Source: a virus | Taxonomy: Duplodnaviria > Caudoviricetes | IMG/VR virus record: IMGVR_UViG_3300011559_000001 | Coordinates: 224,001 to 288,000 of that record | Length of the DNA: 64,000 nt | Direction: 5' to 3' (one strand) | Shown: one piece after another, positions 38,659 through 47,823 of the stretch | Numbering within the stretch: the first letter of the stretch is position 1 | How the letters are laid out: the number at the start of each line of letters is the position of its first letter | Translations under genes and position numbers: made by a program | The notes under the pieces: generated by a model | The model's input: only the letters and a program-made list of their open reading frames with translations | What the model was told of the DNA's origin: nothing | The model's database searches: none

Positions 38659-39116
38659 TCAACCAAGAAGACGTGGAAGGGCATGTGCTCTTCCCCGGCT
38701 TCGGACAGGCCGCCGCCCAAGAGCTGTCTCCGGTCAAGCAATTGGCCGAGGCAGTGCGGCTGTCGTCTAAGAAGAGCTTGACCAGCATCGAAACGCAATT
38801 GATGTTGCGTGAGCTCTACGATCAGAACTTTGGTATCTCCCAGCACAACGATCCGCATCGACCACTGTCCATCGTGGCCATGCAGACCAAAGAAACGCTG
38901 GGTCCGTATTCAAGGACTTACCGACTGTACCACCGGTTTGCGTCACTGAACGTAGGGGATCTGTTCAAGATCTCGATCAATGACTTCCTTAACCAGCCTC
39001 GTGAGCTTGTCGAGATGATGTTCACCATCGCCGAACACCGAGCGCAGGCGAAGGGTCAAGAGGATGGCAACACGCTTCGCAACATCGAAAAGCAGTTGCA
39101 GCAAGAACTGAAGTAA
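38601..39116 (+). CDS. -1 frame extension (GT-like) of the gp77-like gene, or separate gene from GTG 38673
   Basis: Frame open across the slippery site; C-terminal LFKISINDFLNQPRELVEMMF resembles tail-chaperone C-terminal parts. Confidence 0.6.
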   Translation, partial: FFYPSRPAHAPIAGFSGHLINQEDVEGHVLFPGFGQAAAQELSPVKQLAEAVRLSSKKSLTSIETQLMLRELYDQNFGISQHNDPHRPLSIVAMQTKETLGPYSRTYRLYHRFASLNVGDLFKISINDFLNQPRELVEMMFTIAEHRAQAKGQEDGNTLRNIEKQLQQELK

Positions 39117-39140
39117 CCCCACCACTCCACAGGAGCGCTG

Positions 39141-39599
39141 ATGATTCAGTACGAAGGGGCAGGTAACTTGTTTGCTTGTCACATGCAGACGATCATTTGC
39201 AGTATCAACACCGTTGGTGCAATGGGCAAAGGCATTGCGTTGTCGTTCAAGAACTACGTTCCTGGATTGTACGATTACTATCGCCAGCATTATCGGGACA
39301 AAGAGCCGCACTACCCGAGCGTGAACAAGCTTGAGATCTACACGGTGGACGAGGCCCGCAAGGTCTTGCTGTTTCCCACCAAGGACCATTTCAAGTACCC
39401 ATCCAAACTGTGGATGATTGAGCAGAACCTTCGCCAGCTGGCACAGCGCTACGATGAGCTGGGGATTACCTCTCTGGGCTTGCCGTTGATTGGGTGTGGC
39501 TTTAACACCGGCCAGCTCAATTGGGAAACGCAGGTGCGTCCGATGGTCTATGACTATCTGGATCCCCTGCCGCTTCCCGTGAAGATCCTCACCGGTTGA
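39141..39599 (+). CDS. Macrodomain (DarG-like ADP-ribosyl glycohydrolase)
   Basis: GNLF, INTVGAMGKGIALSFK, FPTK, PLIGCG..GQLNW motifs; AGGAG RBS. Confidence 0.85.
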   Translation: MIQYEGAGNLFACHMQTIICSINTVGAMGKGIALSFKNYVPGLYDYYRQHYRDKEPHYPSVNKLEIYTVDEARKVLLFPTKDHFKYPSKLWMIEQNLRQLAQRYDELGITSLGLPLIGCGFNTGQLNWETQVRPMVYDYLDPLPLPVKILTG

Positions 39600-39600
39600 C

Positions 39601-39635
39601 CATAGACCCCCGCCTTCGGGCGGGGGCTTATGCTG
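39601..39635. terminator. Hairpin with CATAG/TTATGC flanks
   Basis: CCCCCGCC-ttcg-GGCGGGGG-CTTATGC. Confidence 0.75.
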
Positions 39636-39637
39636 TT

Positions 39638-39690
39638 GACTTAAAGGAATTTCAAACGTATACTGTTCTGGTGAGTTCGCACAGAACTCA
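39638..39690 (+). promoter_or_regulatory. Phage early-type promoter motif plus 5' hairpin
   Basis: TTTCAAACGTATACTGTTCTGGTGA, then TGAGTTC/GAACTCA stem. Confidence 0.65.
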
Positions 39691-39740
39691 TTCATCGCCT
39701 AGGCAATGGAGTCTAGGTCAACCTTCAATGGAGTTTTATC

Positions 39741-40166
39741 ATGTCCACCATCAACATCCTTGAGACCCTGCTGCTGTTGCAGGCCACCCAGCTGACCGAG
39801 CAGACGGTCGTGATTGAAACGCACATCACTGACCTGCGCCCGAAGGTCGAAGCGCGTGAAGCAATGTTCAACGGCATGGGCGGCCGTGTGTCGTTGGACG
39901 ATTCGGCCCGTCGCTACGAGCTGATCGAAGAGCTGAACCGGCAGTACAGTCTCACTCAGGAAATGATCGAGATGAGTCTGGAGATGAAGCTCCAAGCCGA
40001 AGCCGACGCGCGCAAGCACATCGGCGACGTGCGTGTCAGTGGGCAGGTGCTCAATGACATGCTGGAAGCCACCCGCGTGTTTGCCAAGACCGCCGACGAA
40101 TACATGGCCCTGATGGCCCGTTCGTCCTTCACCACCACCCAGATGCTCAAGGCCATCGGCGCCTAA
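39741..40166 (+). CDS. Early hypothetical helical protein
   Basis: GGAG RBS, downstream of promoter motif. Confidence 0.7.
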   Translation: MSTINILETLLLLQATQLTEQTVVIETHITDLRPKVEAREAMFNGMGGRVSLDDSARRYELIEELNRQYSLTQEMIEMSLEMKLQAEADARKHIGDVRVSGQVLNDMLEATRVFAKTADEYMALMARSSFTTTQMLKAIGA

Positions 40167-40211
40167 GCCCCAAGCGGGACCTTCGGGTCCCGCTCCTTTT
40201 CGGAGATCCCT

Positions 40212-40610
40212 GTGAACAAGACCAACCAAATCAAGCTCGCTCTGCGTCTGGCAGACTTGCACACCGCAACCTTCCTGGCCGTGGCGCAGTATCTGGCCAA
40301 CGTGTCCCACTTCGAGGACAACGTCCTGCAGACCAAGGCCGTGCGTGACTCGTTTGAGTCCGAAGCGCTCAGTGCCCGCCGTAAGCTGGTGCGTCGCCTG
40401 AACAAGCTGCGCGAGGTGATCGAGGAGTTCGGTCCGTTCAACTCGGCCTCGGTCGAAGAGAATGCCGCTGGGAAGGCCCTGAAGAAGCTGTACAACGGTT
40501 TCCTCGACGACCTGACCGACGGTGACGCCGACTTCACCGAAGCCCGTAGCACGGCGCTCAGGGCCAATGCACACGGTCGTGCGCCGGCCATGGGGGTCGA
40601 CCATGCGTAA
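40212..40610 (+). CDS. Early hypothetical protein
   Basis: GGAG RBS, GTG start. Confidence 0.7.
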   Translation: MNKTNQIKLALRLADLHTATFLAVAQYLANVSHFEDNVLQTKAVRDSFESEALSARRKLVRRLNKLREVIEEFGPFNSASVEENAAGKALKKLYNGFLDDLTDGDADFTEARSTALRANAHGRAPAMGVDHA

Positions 40611-41046
40611 GGACCTGATCGATGCCCGACGCATCGCCCTGATCCAAGCCCTGAGTGATCTGGATGATGTTCGCCAGTTCCTTTTCGGCAACGTCAAGGC
40701 CCTGGTGGACAAGTCCGATGAGGTGGACAAGGTTCTGTTCAATCAGAACCGTGAGCGTCTGAAGAACCTGACCGCGATCCTGACCGAACAGATCACCGGT
40801 CTGGCCTACCGCGATCCGATGGACGCCGTCGAACACCTACAGCACCATGGTGCGGTTCCCACCCAGCCGGAGAAGTACGATGTCTTGACCGTGCGCCAGT
40901 TGCGTGCGATCCTGGCAACGTGGCCGTGCGAGGATGATGACGGCAACGACATGAAGGTGCGCGTGGGTGGTCCGGAGAACCTGGCCATGCCGGTGGCGTC
41001 ACTGCGCCTGATCAACGACGGCGATCTGCTGTTGCGCCACAAGTGA
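40603..41046 (+). CDS. Early hypothetical protein
   Basis: MRKDLIDARR start overlapping the previous stop; LTVRQLRAIL..P..D..VRV motif common in small phage proteins. Confidence 0.65.
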   Translation: MRKDLIDARRIALIQALSDLDDVRQFLFGNVKALVDKSDEVDKVLFNQNRERLKNLTAILTEQITGLAYRDPMDAVEHLQHHGAVPTQPEKYDVLTVRQLRAILATWPCEDDDGNDMKVRVGGPENLAMPVASLRLINDGDLLLRHK

Positions 41047-41088
41047 GCATAAGCCCCTCCCACCGTAAGGTGGGAGGGGTCTGTGCCG
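41047..41088. terminator. Hairpin between convergent genes, GCATAAG flank
   Basis: CCCCTCCCACC-gtaa-GGTGGGAGGGG. Confidence 0.8.
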
Positions 41089-41106
41089 GACGTTTTCTTT
41101 TTGTCC

Positions 41107-44016
41107 TTAGGTGCTGCTGTGCTGGACGAAGCTGACCGAGACGTCGTCTTCCACGCCAATGGTACCATCGGCCTTGGCCACGGCCTTCTTGCGAATGGAC
41201 AGACGCGCCGAGTCATCGGTCAAGGAGACCGTGTCATACGGCGTGCTACCGCCCAGACCATCGACCTTGACACCGATCGTATCGCCGGACACCGCGCTTT
41301 CCAGTGCCGAGATAATGCCCGAGATGGTCACCACCGGATTCTGCAGCTGCTCGTGGATCACCACGATCGCCGCAGTGGTCAGCGCCGTACGCAGTGCCGC
41401 ATCGCGGTACTGACTACCCGAGAGGTAGTAGGTGACCGAGAAGCTCTGTGCGGAGTTGATCGACACCGTCTTGTCTTCCATGACCCGCACATCGATATTG
41501 CCGAGCGTGGACTTGGGATAGAAGTACAGACTGGTCTGCTCCAGCAGCTGGTCTTGCACCAGCGCGATGTCCTCCTGCAACCAACCGGCAATCGTGGCCG
41601 GGATCTGACCACGGTAGTCGATGGTCTGCTGGTCCGTTGCAAACCAGTAGGCACCATCGATCAGCAGCAGGTCCACCTGACGCAGCATGCGACGACTGGA
41701 CTCGACGATGGGTTGTCCTTCCACGTCCATCATCACATCCCCAGCGTAGTGACGCATCACCGGGTTGCCCTTGTCATCCAGGATCGGTGCGCCCTTGGCG
41801 TGCAACACCACGAACTGGATCTGACCGTCAGTGCCCACCACCCACTTGTTCGCACCGGTGAGCGGGTCGACTTCGTAGATGGTGTACTCGTAGACAGCCG
41901 GCACGTCGGCCAGATAGCGCTTGTAGTCTTGCGAGCTGGGGACCGAACGCGAGGCAGCCCACAGGCCCGGCATGGCCGTACCCAGTTCCACTGCCAGACG
42001 CTCTTGGGTCAAACCGATGGCATCGTTGGGCAGGATGTTCTTGCCCATCTCTTCATCGATCGTGGACGGCTCGAAACCTTCGATGGTCACCCCGGAGATC
42101 GCAAAGAACACTTCCATGTCAATGCTCAGCGGACAGCCGTAGACGTGCACCGGATCATCGAACTGCTGGAACGTGTTGACCATCAGGCTGTCATTGGCAT
42201 CCAGATCGTACTCGGTGCCAATCAGGAAGGTGTACACGCGCTCACCGCTTTGGGTGGTGCCGGCCAGCGTACCGTTCTGGAACGCGCGGTTGCGCTCGCC
42301 GGTGGGGTAGAAGGCCAACTGCACGTGGACCTGCTCATCGAGCAGTTCCTTCCAGGTCTGGCCAGACTGCAAGACCACCGTGACCAGATAACCTTGGGTC
42401 ACACGTGAGATCTGGTAGCTCTTGACCGACACGGCCAGTGCCGCAGTGGGGTTCTCGGCCACAAAGCTCTTGCTGTTGATCGCCGGGTTGTCCAGGAAGT
42501 ACGCACGATGCTCAAAGCGCTCGTTGGTCATGTCCAAGACGTAGTGGAACGGCGAGTACAGGAAGTTGTTCTCGTTGATGCGACGGGCACGCACGTCGAT
42601 GGGCATCGCGTTGAGCGAATCGATCGTGGTCTGCGGGACAATCGAGATCAGGCCGTTGACGTTCTGATACAGCGTGGACGGCAGCAGCGTGATGCGTTCG
42701 CCATTGTCCATCACCGTACCGAGCTGGGAGAGGTTCTCCATGGACTCGGTCATCGTCAGCATCGTACAGCCCGCACCGGAGACGGTGGTGCCATCGGTGG
42801 GCTCAGGCATCGAGCGGGTGGCCAGGAACTGACGGTTGGTGATGTTGTCCACATCCAACACCATGTCATAGCCCATGTCCGCAAGACGCGAACCGATGTT
42901 GACGTTGGTGATCGGGACGTTGACCTTACCCAGTGAGTTGGTGATCACTCGCTCACGCAGTGCGCTGAGCGTCAGCGGCGCACGACCGCCGGAGACGGCG
43001 TTGTCGGAGAACAGCGTGTAGGTGGTGAAGTCCTTCAGCGGCGTGACGTACGGACTGGTGCCGTTGTAGTCACGATCCAGCCACGTGGCCGTGTACTGAC
43101 TGGGCGTGTAGTCAGCCAGGTTCAGCTCCAGCACACCCATGGTGCTGTAGATGTCCACGCGCAGTTCGCTGTTGACCATGTTCGTGGTCTGATAGACCTG
43201 AGGGATACTCAGTGTCAACACCTGACCGACCACCTGCAGCACCGCCGTCGGTACGCTGGGGTCAAACACCTGATCGGTATGCGTGGTGCGCATCTCCACC
43301 CACTGACCGGCCGAGTTGGTGTAGTACACCCGAGCGTAGTGGAAGTTGTCCTCGAAGGTCCAGCTGCGTTCAGCCAGCTGTGCCCGGTTCATCTGGAAGG
43401 TCTGCGACTGCACCTTGAACTGGTACATCGGAATTTCCAGCCGCAAGAACACTTGCCCGTCGAAGGTGATCGTGCTGGACTGCACCACGTTGGAAGCCAG
43501 TGCCTGCAACGGACTGGTCTGACTGGTGTCATACACCACCGACAGAGCGTTGTGCGTACCGATGCGGATTTCAATCGGATACTGCAGACTGAACACCACA
43601 CCGGCCACTTCGACCTGGGTATGCTTGGGGATCACCATCTTGCGCGTACCGGTGTTACCCACCGCCACAGCACGCAGATAGATTTCATCACGCCCCAGCA
43701 AGAAGCTGAAGGTGGCCTTGGAGGGCTGACTGAAACGGTTGGCGTAGTCGCCATCGGACATGTGCAGATACAGGTCCGACTGCGTCAGGGCCATCGACGG
43801 ATACATGCGGCGGTTGGTGGCTTCCTGTTCCAAGAACAGCGCCGAGACTTGCACGGCACCACCCTCCATCAGATGCATGTACGGGTTGGTGGCATTGGCA
43901 ATGTCGATCGTACCGTTGAAGGTTGCCTCCAACTGATCCAACGCATCACTGATGACCAACTGCGGGTTCTGCAAATGCCGACGCGCGGCGGAAACCCAAT
44001 TGGGGATACTGACCAT
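41107..44016 (-). CDS. Virion structural protein, baseplate wedge-like (phiKZ gp87-like)
   Basis: 969 aa; NPYMHLME, YPSMA..DLYLHMSD, SGGRAPLTLSALRERVI (baseplate J-like); synteny. Confidence 0.7.
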   Translation of the reverse strand: MVSIPNWVSAARRHLQNPQLVISDALDQLEATFNGTIDIANATNPYMHLMEGGAVQVSALFLEQEATNRRMYPSMALTQSDLYLHMSDGDYANRFSQPSKATFSFLLGRDEIYLRAVAVGNTGTRKMVIPKHTQVEVAGVVFSLQYPIEIRIGTHNALSVVYDTSQTSPLQALASNVVQSSTITFDGQVFLRLEIPMYQFKVQSQTFQMNRAQLAERSWTFEDNFHYARVYYTNSAGQWVEMRTTHTDQVFDPSVPTAVLQVVGQVLTLSIPQVYQTTNMVNSELRVDIYSTMGVLELNLADYTPSQYTATWLDRDYNGTSPYVTPLKDFTTYTLFSDNAVSGGRAPLTLSALRERVITNSLGKVNVPITNVNIGSRLADMGYDMVLDVDNITNRQFLATRSMPEPTDGTTVSGAGCTMLTMTESMENLSQLGTVMDNGERITLLPSTLYQNVNGLISIVPQTTIDSLNAMPIDVRARRINENNFLYSPFHYVLDMTNERFEHRAYFLDNPAINSKSFVAENPTAALAVSVKSYQISRVTQGYLVTVVLQSGQTWKELLDEQVHVQLAFYPTGERNRAFQNGTLAGTTQSGERVYTFLIGTEYDLDANDSLMVNTFQQFDDPVHVYGCPLSIDMEVFFAISGVTIEGFEPSTIDEEMGKNILPNDAIGLTQERLAVELGTAMPGLWAASRSVPSSQDYKRYLADVPAVYEYTIYEVDPLTGANKWVVGTDGQIQFVVLHAKGAPILDDKGNPVMRHYAGDVMMDVEGQPIVESSRRMLRQVDLLLIDGAYWFATDQQTIDYRGQIPATIAGWLQEDIALVQDQLLEQTSLYFYPKSTLGNIDVRVMEDKTVSINSAQSFSVTYYLSGSQYRDAALRTALTTAAIVVIHEQLQNPVVTISGIISALESAVSGDTIGVKVDGLGGSTPYDTVSLTDDSARLSIRKKAVAKADGTIGVEDDVSVSFVQHSST

Positions 44017-44025
44017 TGAAGATCC

Positions 44026-45129
44026 TTAAGGTTGCGTGGCGGTGGGGGCGGTGGCCACAGCCGGAGCCAAGCCAGCTTGAGCGGTAGTGTTCTCCGCCAT
44101 GCGCTTGTTGTACTCGGTCGTGAAGTCCCACCATTCCAGTTCGTTGGTATCCATGTTGATGCGCGGATAACCATTGTAGTTGTAGTTGAGCAGTTGCTCG
44201 CGGGAGATCTTGGTCATGTACTGATCCCGCATCAGCGAATTCATCGACGGGTTGAACATCTCCACCACGTCATTAAACTCACGCATCAGAATCGGATCCT
44301 GATACGTTGCACCGAAGCAACGGAACGGAATCGAGATCTGGCTGGCGCGACTTTGCTCGAACGGCGAGTCCGACGAGAAGTCAAACGCTTGACCCAACGC
44401 CGACGAATACGGGAAGGCTGCGCCGCAGGCAGCAATCTTCTGCACGTAGGTGCGCGTGGGGTCCAAGATGAGACGATAGATGCGCGTTTGATAATCGATC
44501 TCACGCAGCATCTCACTGTCCGGGTAGGGCACCATCCGTCCTTGGTACACCATGGACATGTAGATGAGCCAGACCTGGAAGAGTAAAGATATGGGATCTC
44601 CCACGATATTCCGGAAAGTCGCATTCAGATCGAAGCTGCTGTAGATGGAGTCAATACCATCGACCATGCCCCACGTCTCTTTCGCCAGACCTTCATCGGA
44701 GTTGTAGTACTCGGCCATCGGATCGGGCCAGCCACTGAGGGAGACCAGATTGTTGCCCAGCAGCGGGATAAACGGCAGGTTGGGATCAACCAACCCCGAA
44801 CGATCACCGCCGTCATACAGCGCCTTGGACAGCTCCGGATCCAACCATTGGCGAATGGCTGATGGGTAGTGACCGAGCTTGTTGCCCTTACCTGCGCCGA
44901 GGATCGACAGGCGTCGGTCAGCACTGAGGTTATTGTATGACAAGTTAAGCCGCGGCCTGGTGAAAAAAGTCAAACCCTGGTTATCCTGATTATAGGGTAC
45001 CGGGTTGCCGACTCCTCGATGGTTGATACCAATCAAGGTATTGACCATGGCCTCGGACAGGTTTCCCAAACCTGAACCGCGCGCCATCCAGTCGATTTGT
45101 TCAATCAGATTGTCGTAGATGTCACTCAT
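44026..45129 (-). CDS. Virion structural protein (phiKZ gp88-like)
   Basis: GINHRG, GLTFFTRPRLNLS, SLSGWPD, IDYQTRIYRL motifs; synteny. Confidence 0.7.
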   Translation of the reverse strand: MSDIYDNLIEQIDWMARGSGLGNLSEAMVNTLIGINHRGVGNPVPYNQDNQGLTFFTRPRLNLSYNNLSADRRLSILGAGKGNKLGHYPSAIRQWLDPELSKALYDGGDRSGLVDPNLPFIPLLGNNLVSLSGWPDPMAEYYNSDEGLAKETWGMVDGIDSIYSSFDLNATFRNIVGDPISLLFQVWLIYMSMVYQGRMVPYPDSEMLREIDYQTRIYRLILDPTRTYVQKIAACGAAFPYSSALGQAFDFSSDSPFEQSRASQISIPFRCFGATYQDPILMREFNDVVEMFNPSMNSLMRDQYMTKISREQLLNYNYNGYPRINMDTNELEWWDFTTEYNKRMAENTTAQAGLAPAVATAPTATQP

Positions 45130-45159
45130 TGTTTTAAAGTCCAGCAAGGAAAAACGAAA

Positions 45160-46347
45160 ATGGTCGGTACAGTAGCCGCGAAGTCGATGGTCGTCGGCGC
45201 CCTAGGGGCGGTGGCGTCGATCGCCAAGACCCTCGCAACTTCCCAGAAGAACGATTCGTTGGTGCAGTTCACCAGCGTCCTGCGCGTCGAGCCGGTCACC
45301 ATGATCGACAAGCGCCTGGAACGCGTGGACTACCTGCCCGACATCCTCCAGACGCTGCTCAGCATGTTCTGCGGTTTCTACATGCAGGCGGTGTCGTGTC
45401 TGGTCAAGGTGGGTGACATCAATGTCATCCGCATGCTCGACACCCTCAACCCCAGCCGTGATGGTACGCTGGCCGCCGGCTCGTTGATCGATGCGATCAA
45501 TGGCAAGGGCTCGGTCGGTATGCTGTCGATGGAGTCCTATCAGCACGGCGCGCTGCCGCGCCCGAACCAAGCCAGCTTGGAAGCGATCAACCTCGGCAAG
45601 GCGCAGGCCTTCTTGAGCGACTCCGATACCTTCGCCAAGCGCACTGACATCCAGTACAAGCTCGATGCCAAGACTGGCGATGCCTCCAAGAACTTCAAGG
45701 CCGCCAGCGAGGCGGTGAACCTGGCAGTGGGCAAGATGCTCGACGTCACCGTCGAGTCCAATGGCAACCGTGGTTCGTTCCCGGTGGCCGTACGTCTGGC
45801 CACGGCCATCGTCGACCATGAAGTCCTGCTTCATATTCTTGGCTCTTCCGGCCAGGACAATAGCCTGCGTGAGCGCTGGCACCGCTGGAAATCCGGCGAC
45901 CTGCAGCTGTGGCGCGACCTGATCTGGTGTCAGGATCTGATCGACAACGAGAAGCGCCTGCTCAACAAGGACAAGACCGGCGCCCTGGCCGAGCTCAGCC
46001 GCCGTCGGGCGATGAACTCCACCGCCGCTGTCCTGTCGGGCACGCCGTCGATCGCTTCGGCCTCGGCACTGGCGGTGATCTCCAAGGAGACTGCCACCGA
46101 TCTGGAACGTCAGAACCTCGGTAAGTTCACCGACCTGAAGTTCCGCAACAAGATCATGCAGGAATCGATGTCCATGATTCTGGTCGTGGTCGACACCGAT
46201 TACGAGAGCATCACGATTTATACCCGCGACATCCAGCTGCCGTCCAAGTTCGCCATCCGTGAACTGAAGGCGGCCAACAAGGGCACGGGTCCGGATCTGA
46301 ACGAGCTGCTCAAGATGTACAAAGCCGGCCAGTCGCCGTCCTTCTGA
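45160..46347 (+). CDS. Head/inner-body protein (phiKZ gp89-like)
   Basis: SLVQFTSVLRVEP, NLAVGK, ERWHRWKSG motifs; SME/SLE sites; AAGGA RBS. Confidence 0.7.
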   Translation: MVGTVAAKSMVVGALGAVASIAKTLATSQKNDSLVQFTSVLRVEPVTMIDKRLERVDYLPDILQTLLSMFCGFYMQAVSCLVKVGDINVIRMLDTLNPSRDGTLAAGSLIDAINGKGSVGMLSMESYQHGALPRPNQASLEAINLGKAQAFLSDSDTFAKRTDIQYKLDAKTGDASKNFKAASEAVNLAVGKMLDVTVESNGNRGSFPVAVRLATAIVDHEVLLHILGSSGQDNSLRERWHRWKSGDLQLWRDLIWCQDLIDNEKRLLNKDKTGALAELSRRRAMNSTAAVLSGTPSIASASALAVISKETATDLERQNLGKFTDLKFRNKIMQESMSMILVVVDTDYESITIYTRDIQLPSKFAIRELKAANKGTGPDLNELLKMYKAGQSPSF

Positions 46348-46368
46348 TTTACGGAGCCAAGACCCAAC

Positions 46369-47268
46369 ATGAACATCAAGTCCTTCCTGTCCTCGCTGGT
46401 TCCGCATTTCGAGCGCAACCGGATCATCGAGGACATCGACAGTCTGGCATCGGACGTCGAATCCAACCTTGCCCCCAGCTACAACGCTGCTGGCAAGCTC
46501 ATCGCTTCGCGCAAGTTCGGCTCCACTGCCGGCAAGACCATGGAAGCGATGTTCCGTCATCGTTTCCGCAACGAGCGTGCCCTGAACCACATCGCCTTCA
46601 TCGCCGGCCTGCTCCCGCAGTTGCTGGAGTCGCTCAAGCTGATCGAGCGCATGGTGCCGGAGCTGTTCGGTCGTGACGTCACCAAGGACTCGCTGACCTA
46701 CAAGAAGGCAGCGGTCCTGCAGTACCTGGCGGTGGTGCGCTTCTTCAACGACTACGCCGGCCGTCACCTGCTGCGTGTGCTCGCCGGTGAAGACGCCGCG
46801 ACCAAGGGTCAGCCGGAAGACACCGACCTGTTGCCGATCGACAAGAAGTTCTTCCAGGAGAACCTGGAGACCTTCCTGCAGGCACTGAACGTGCTGGCGC
46901 TGTCGCCGGACCAGATCGCTGAACGCCTGGGTCAGATGCAGGACATCCAGATCGTGGCCGACAAGATCGGCATGATCTCCTCGACGATGGGCGTTGAAAA
47001 CGTCGACCCGCTGAAGCTGGGCTTCATGGGTCCGTCGGCCTCGTCCAGCCCGATCTACAAGATCCGCTCGGCCATCGCCACCTACCAGGTGGCCAACCAC
47101 CAGCGCAACAAGGAACTGTCCAAGACGCTGCAACTGCGTCTGTTCGCGCTGAAGGACGCCTACGCCGGCCGCAGTGATCCCAAGCTGCAGGAACAGATCG
47201 AGTACAACACCGCTCGTCTGGCTCGCCTGCAGGAAGACATGGCCGCCTTCGAAGAGCGTTACGGCTAA
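46369..47268 (+). CDS. Head/inner-body protein (phiKZ gp90-like)
   Basis: GGAG RBS; VDPLKLGF..PIY, C-terminal coiled coil; synteny. Confidence 0.7.
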   Translation: MNIKSFLSSLVPHFERNRIIEDIDSLASDVESNLAPSYNAAGKLIASRKFGSTAGKTMEAMFRHRFRNERALNHIAFIAGLLPQLLESLKLIERMVPELFGRDVTKDSLTYKKAAVLQYLAVVRFFNDYAGRHLLRVLAGEDAATKGQPEDTDLLPIDKKFFQENLETFLQALNVLALSPDQIAERLGQMQDIQIVADKIGMISSTMGVENVDPLKLGFMGPSASSSPIYKIRSAIATYQVANHQRNKELSKTLQLRLFALKDAYAGRSDPKLQEQIEYNTARLARLQEDMAAFEERYG

Positions 47269-47289
47269 GCCGCAACCGAGGAGATTCAG

Positions 47290-47799
47290 ATGAACAGTAC
47301 GATCATCGTCTACCCTCGCCTGTACACCTCTCGCCTTTTCGAAGGCGAGGGGGTACTGGTTTCTGAAGGTGACCAGAGCATCGAACTGCTGTTCCGGACG
47401 TTGGTGGATCGTACCACCAATACCCGGTCCTGGCCGTTCTACGAATCGGTCCTGACCAATGCGTTGCGCCTGTTTGGCGATCTCAACGACTGGTTCAAGG
47501 AACAACTGTCGAACCCGAACCTGATCGGCTACAACCGTCAGTTCATCCACGACACCATCAACTTCATCGAGGGCGGTCAGCGCGAGCTGCCGGTCCGGAC
47601 GTGGTATGACCTCGTCAGTGAAGGCGGTGCGGGCCACCACGCCCATGCCATCCCGCAGCGTCTGCAGGACAACAAGCTGCTCCTCCGCGCTTCCGAACCT
47701 TCGCTGGAACTCATGCAAAAGTGGGTCAGCCAGCCTAATGGTTTGGAGGACCTGCTCAACACGATGCACCTGCTGTTTGGCAGGGCCCGCAACACCTAA
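47290..47799 (+). CDS. Virion-associated protein (phiKZ gp91-like)
   Basis: GAGGAG RBS; IVYPR..WVSQPNGLEDL; synteny. Confidence 0.6.
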   Translation: MNSTIIVYPRLYTSRLFEGEGVLVSEGDQSIELLFRTLVDRTTNTRSWPFYESVLTNALRLFGDLNDWFKEQLSNPNLIGYNRQFIHDTINFIEGGQRELPVRTWYDLVSEGGAGHHAHAIPQRLQDNKLLLRASEPSLELMQKWVSQPNGLEDLLNTMHLLFGRARNT

Positions 47800-47823
47800 C
47801 TTTTCCCCTGGAGTCTCAGCACC

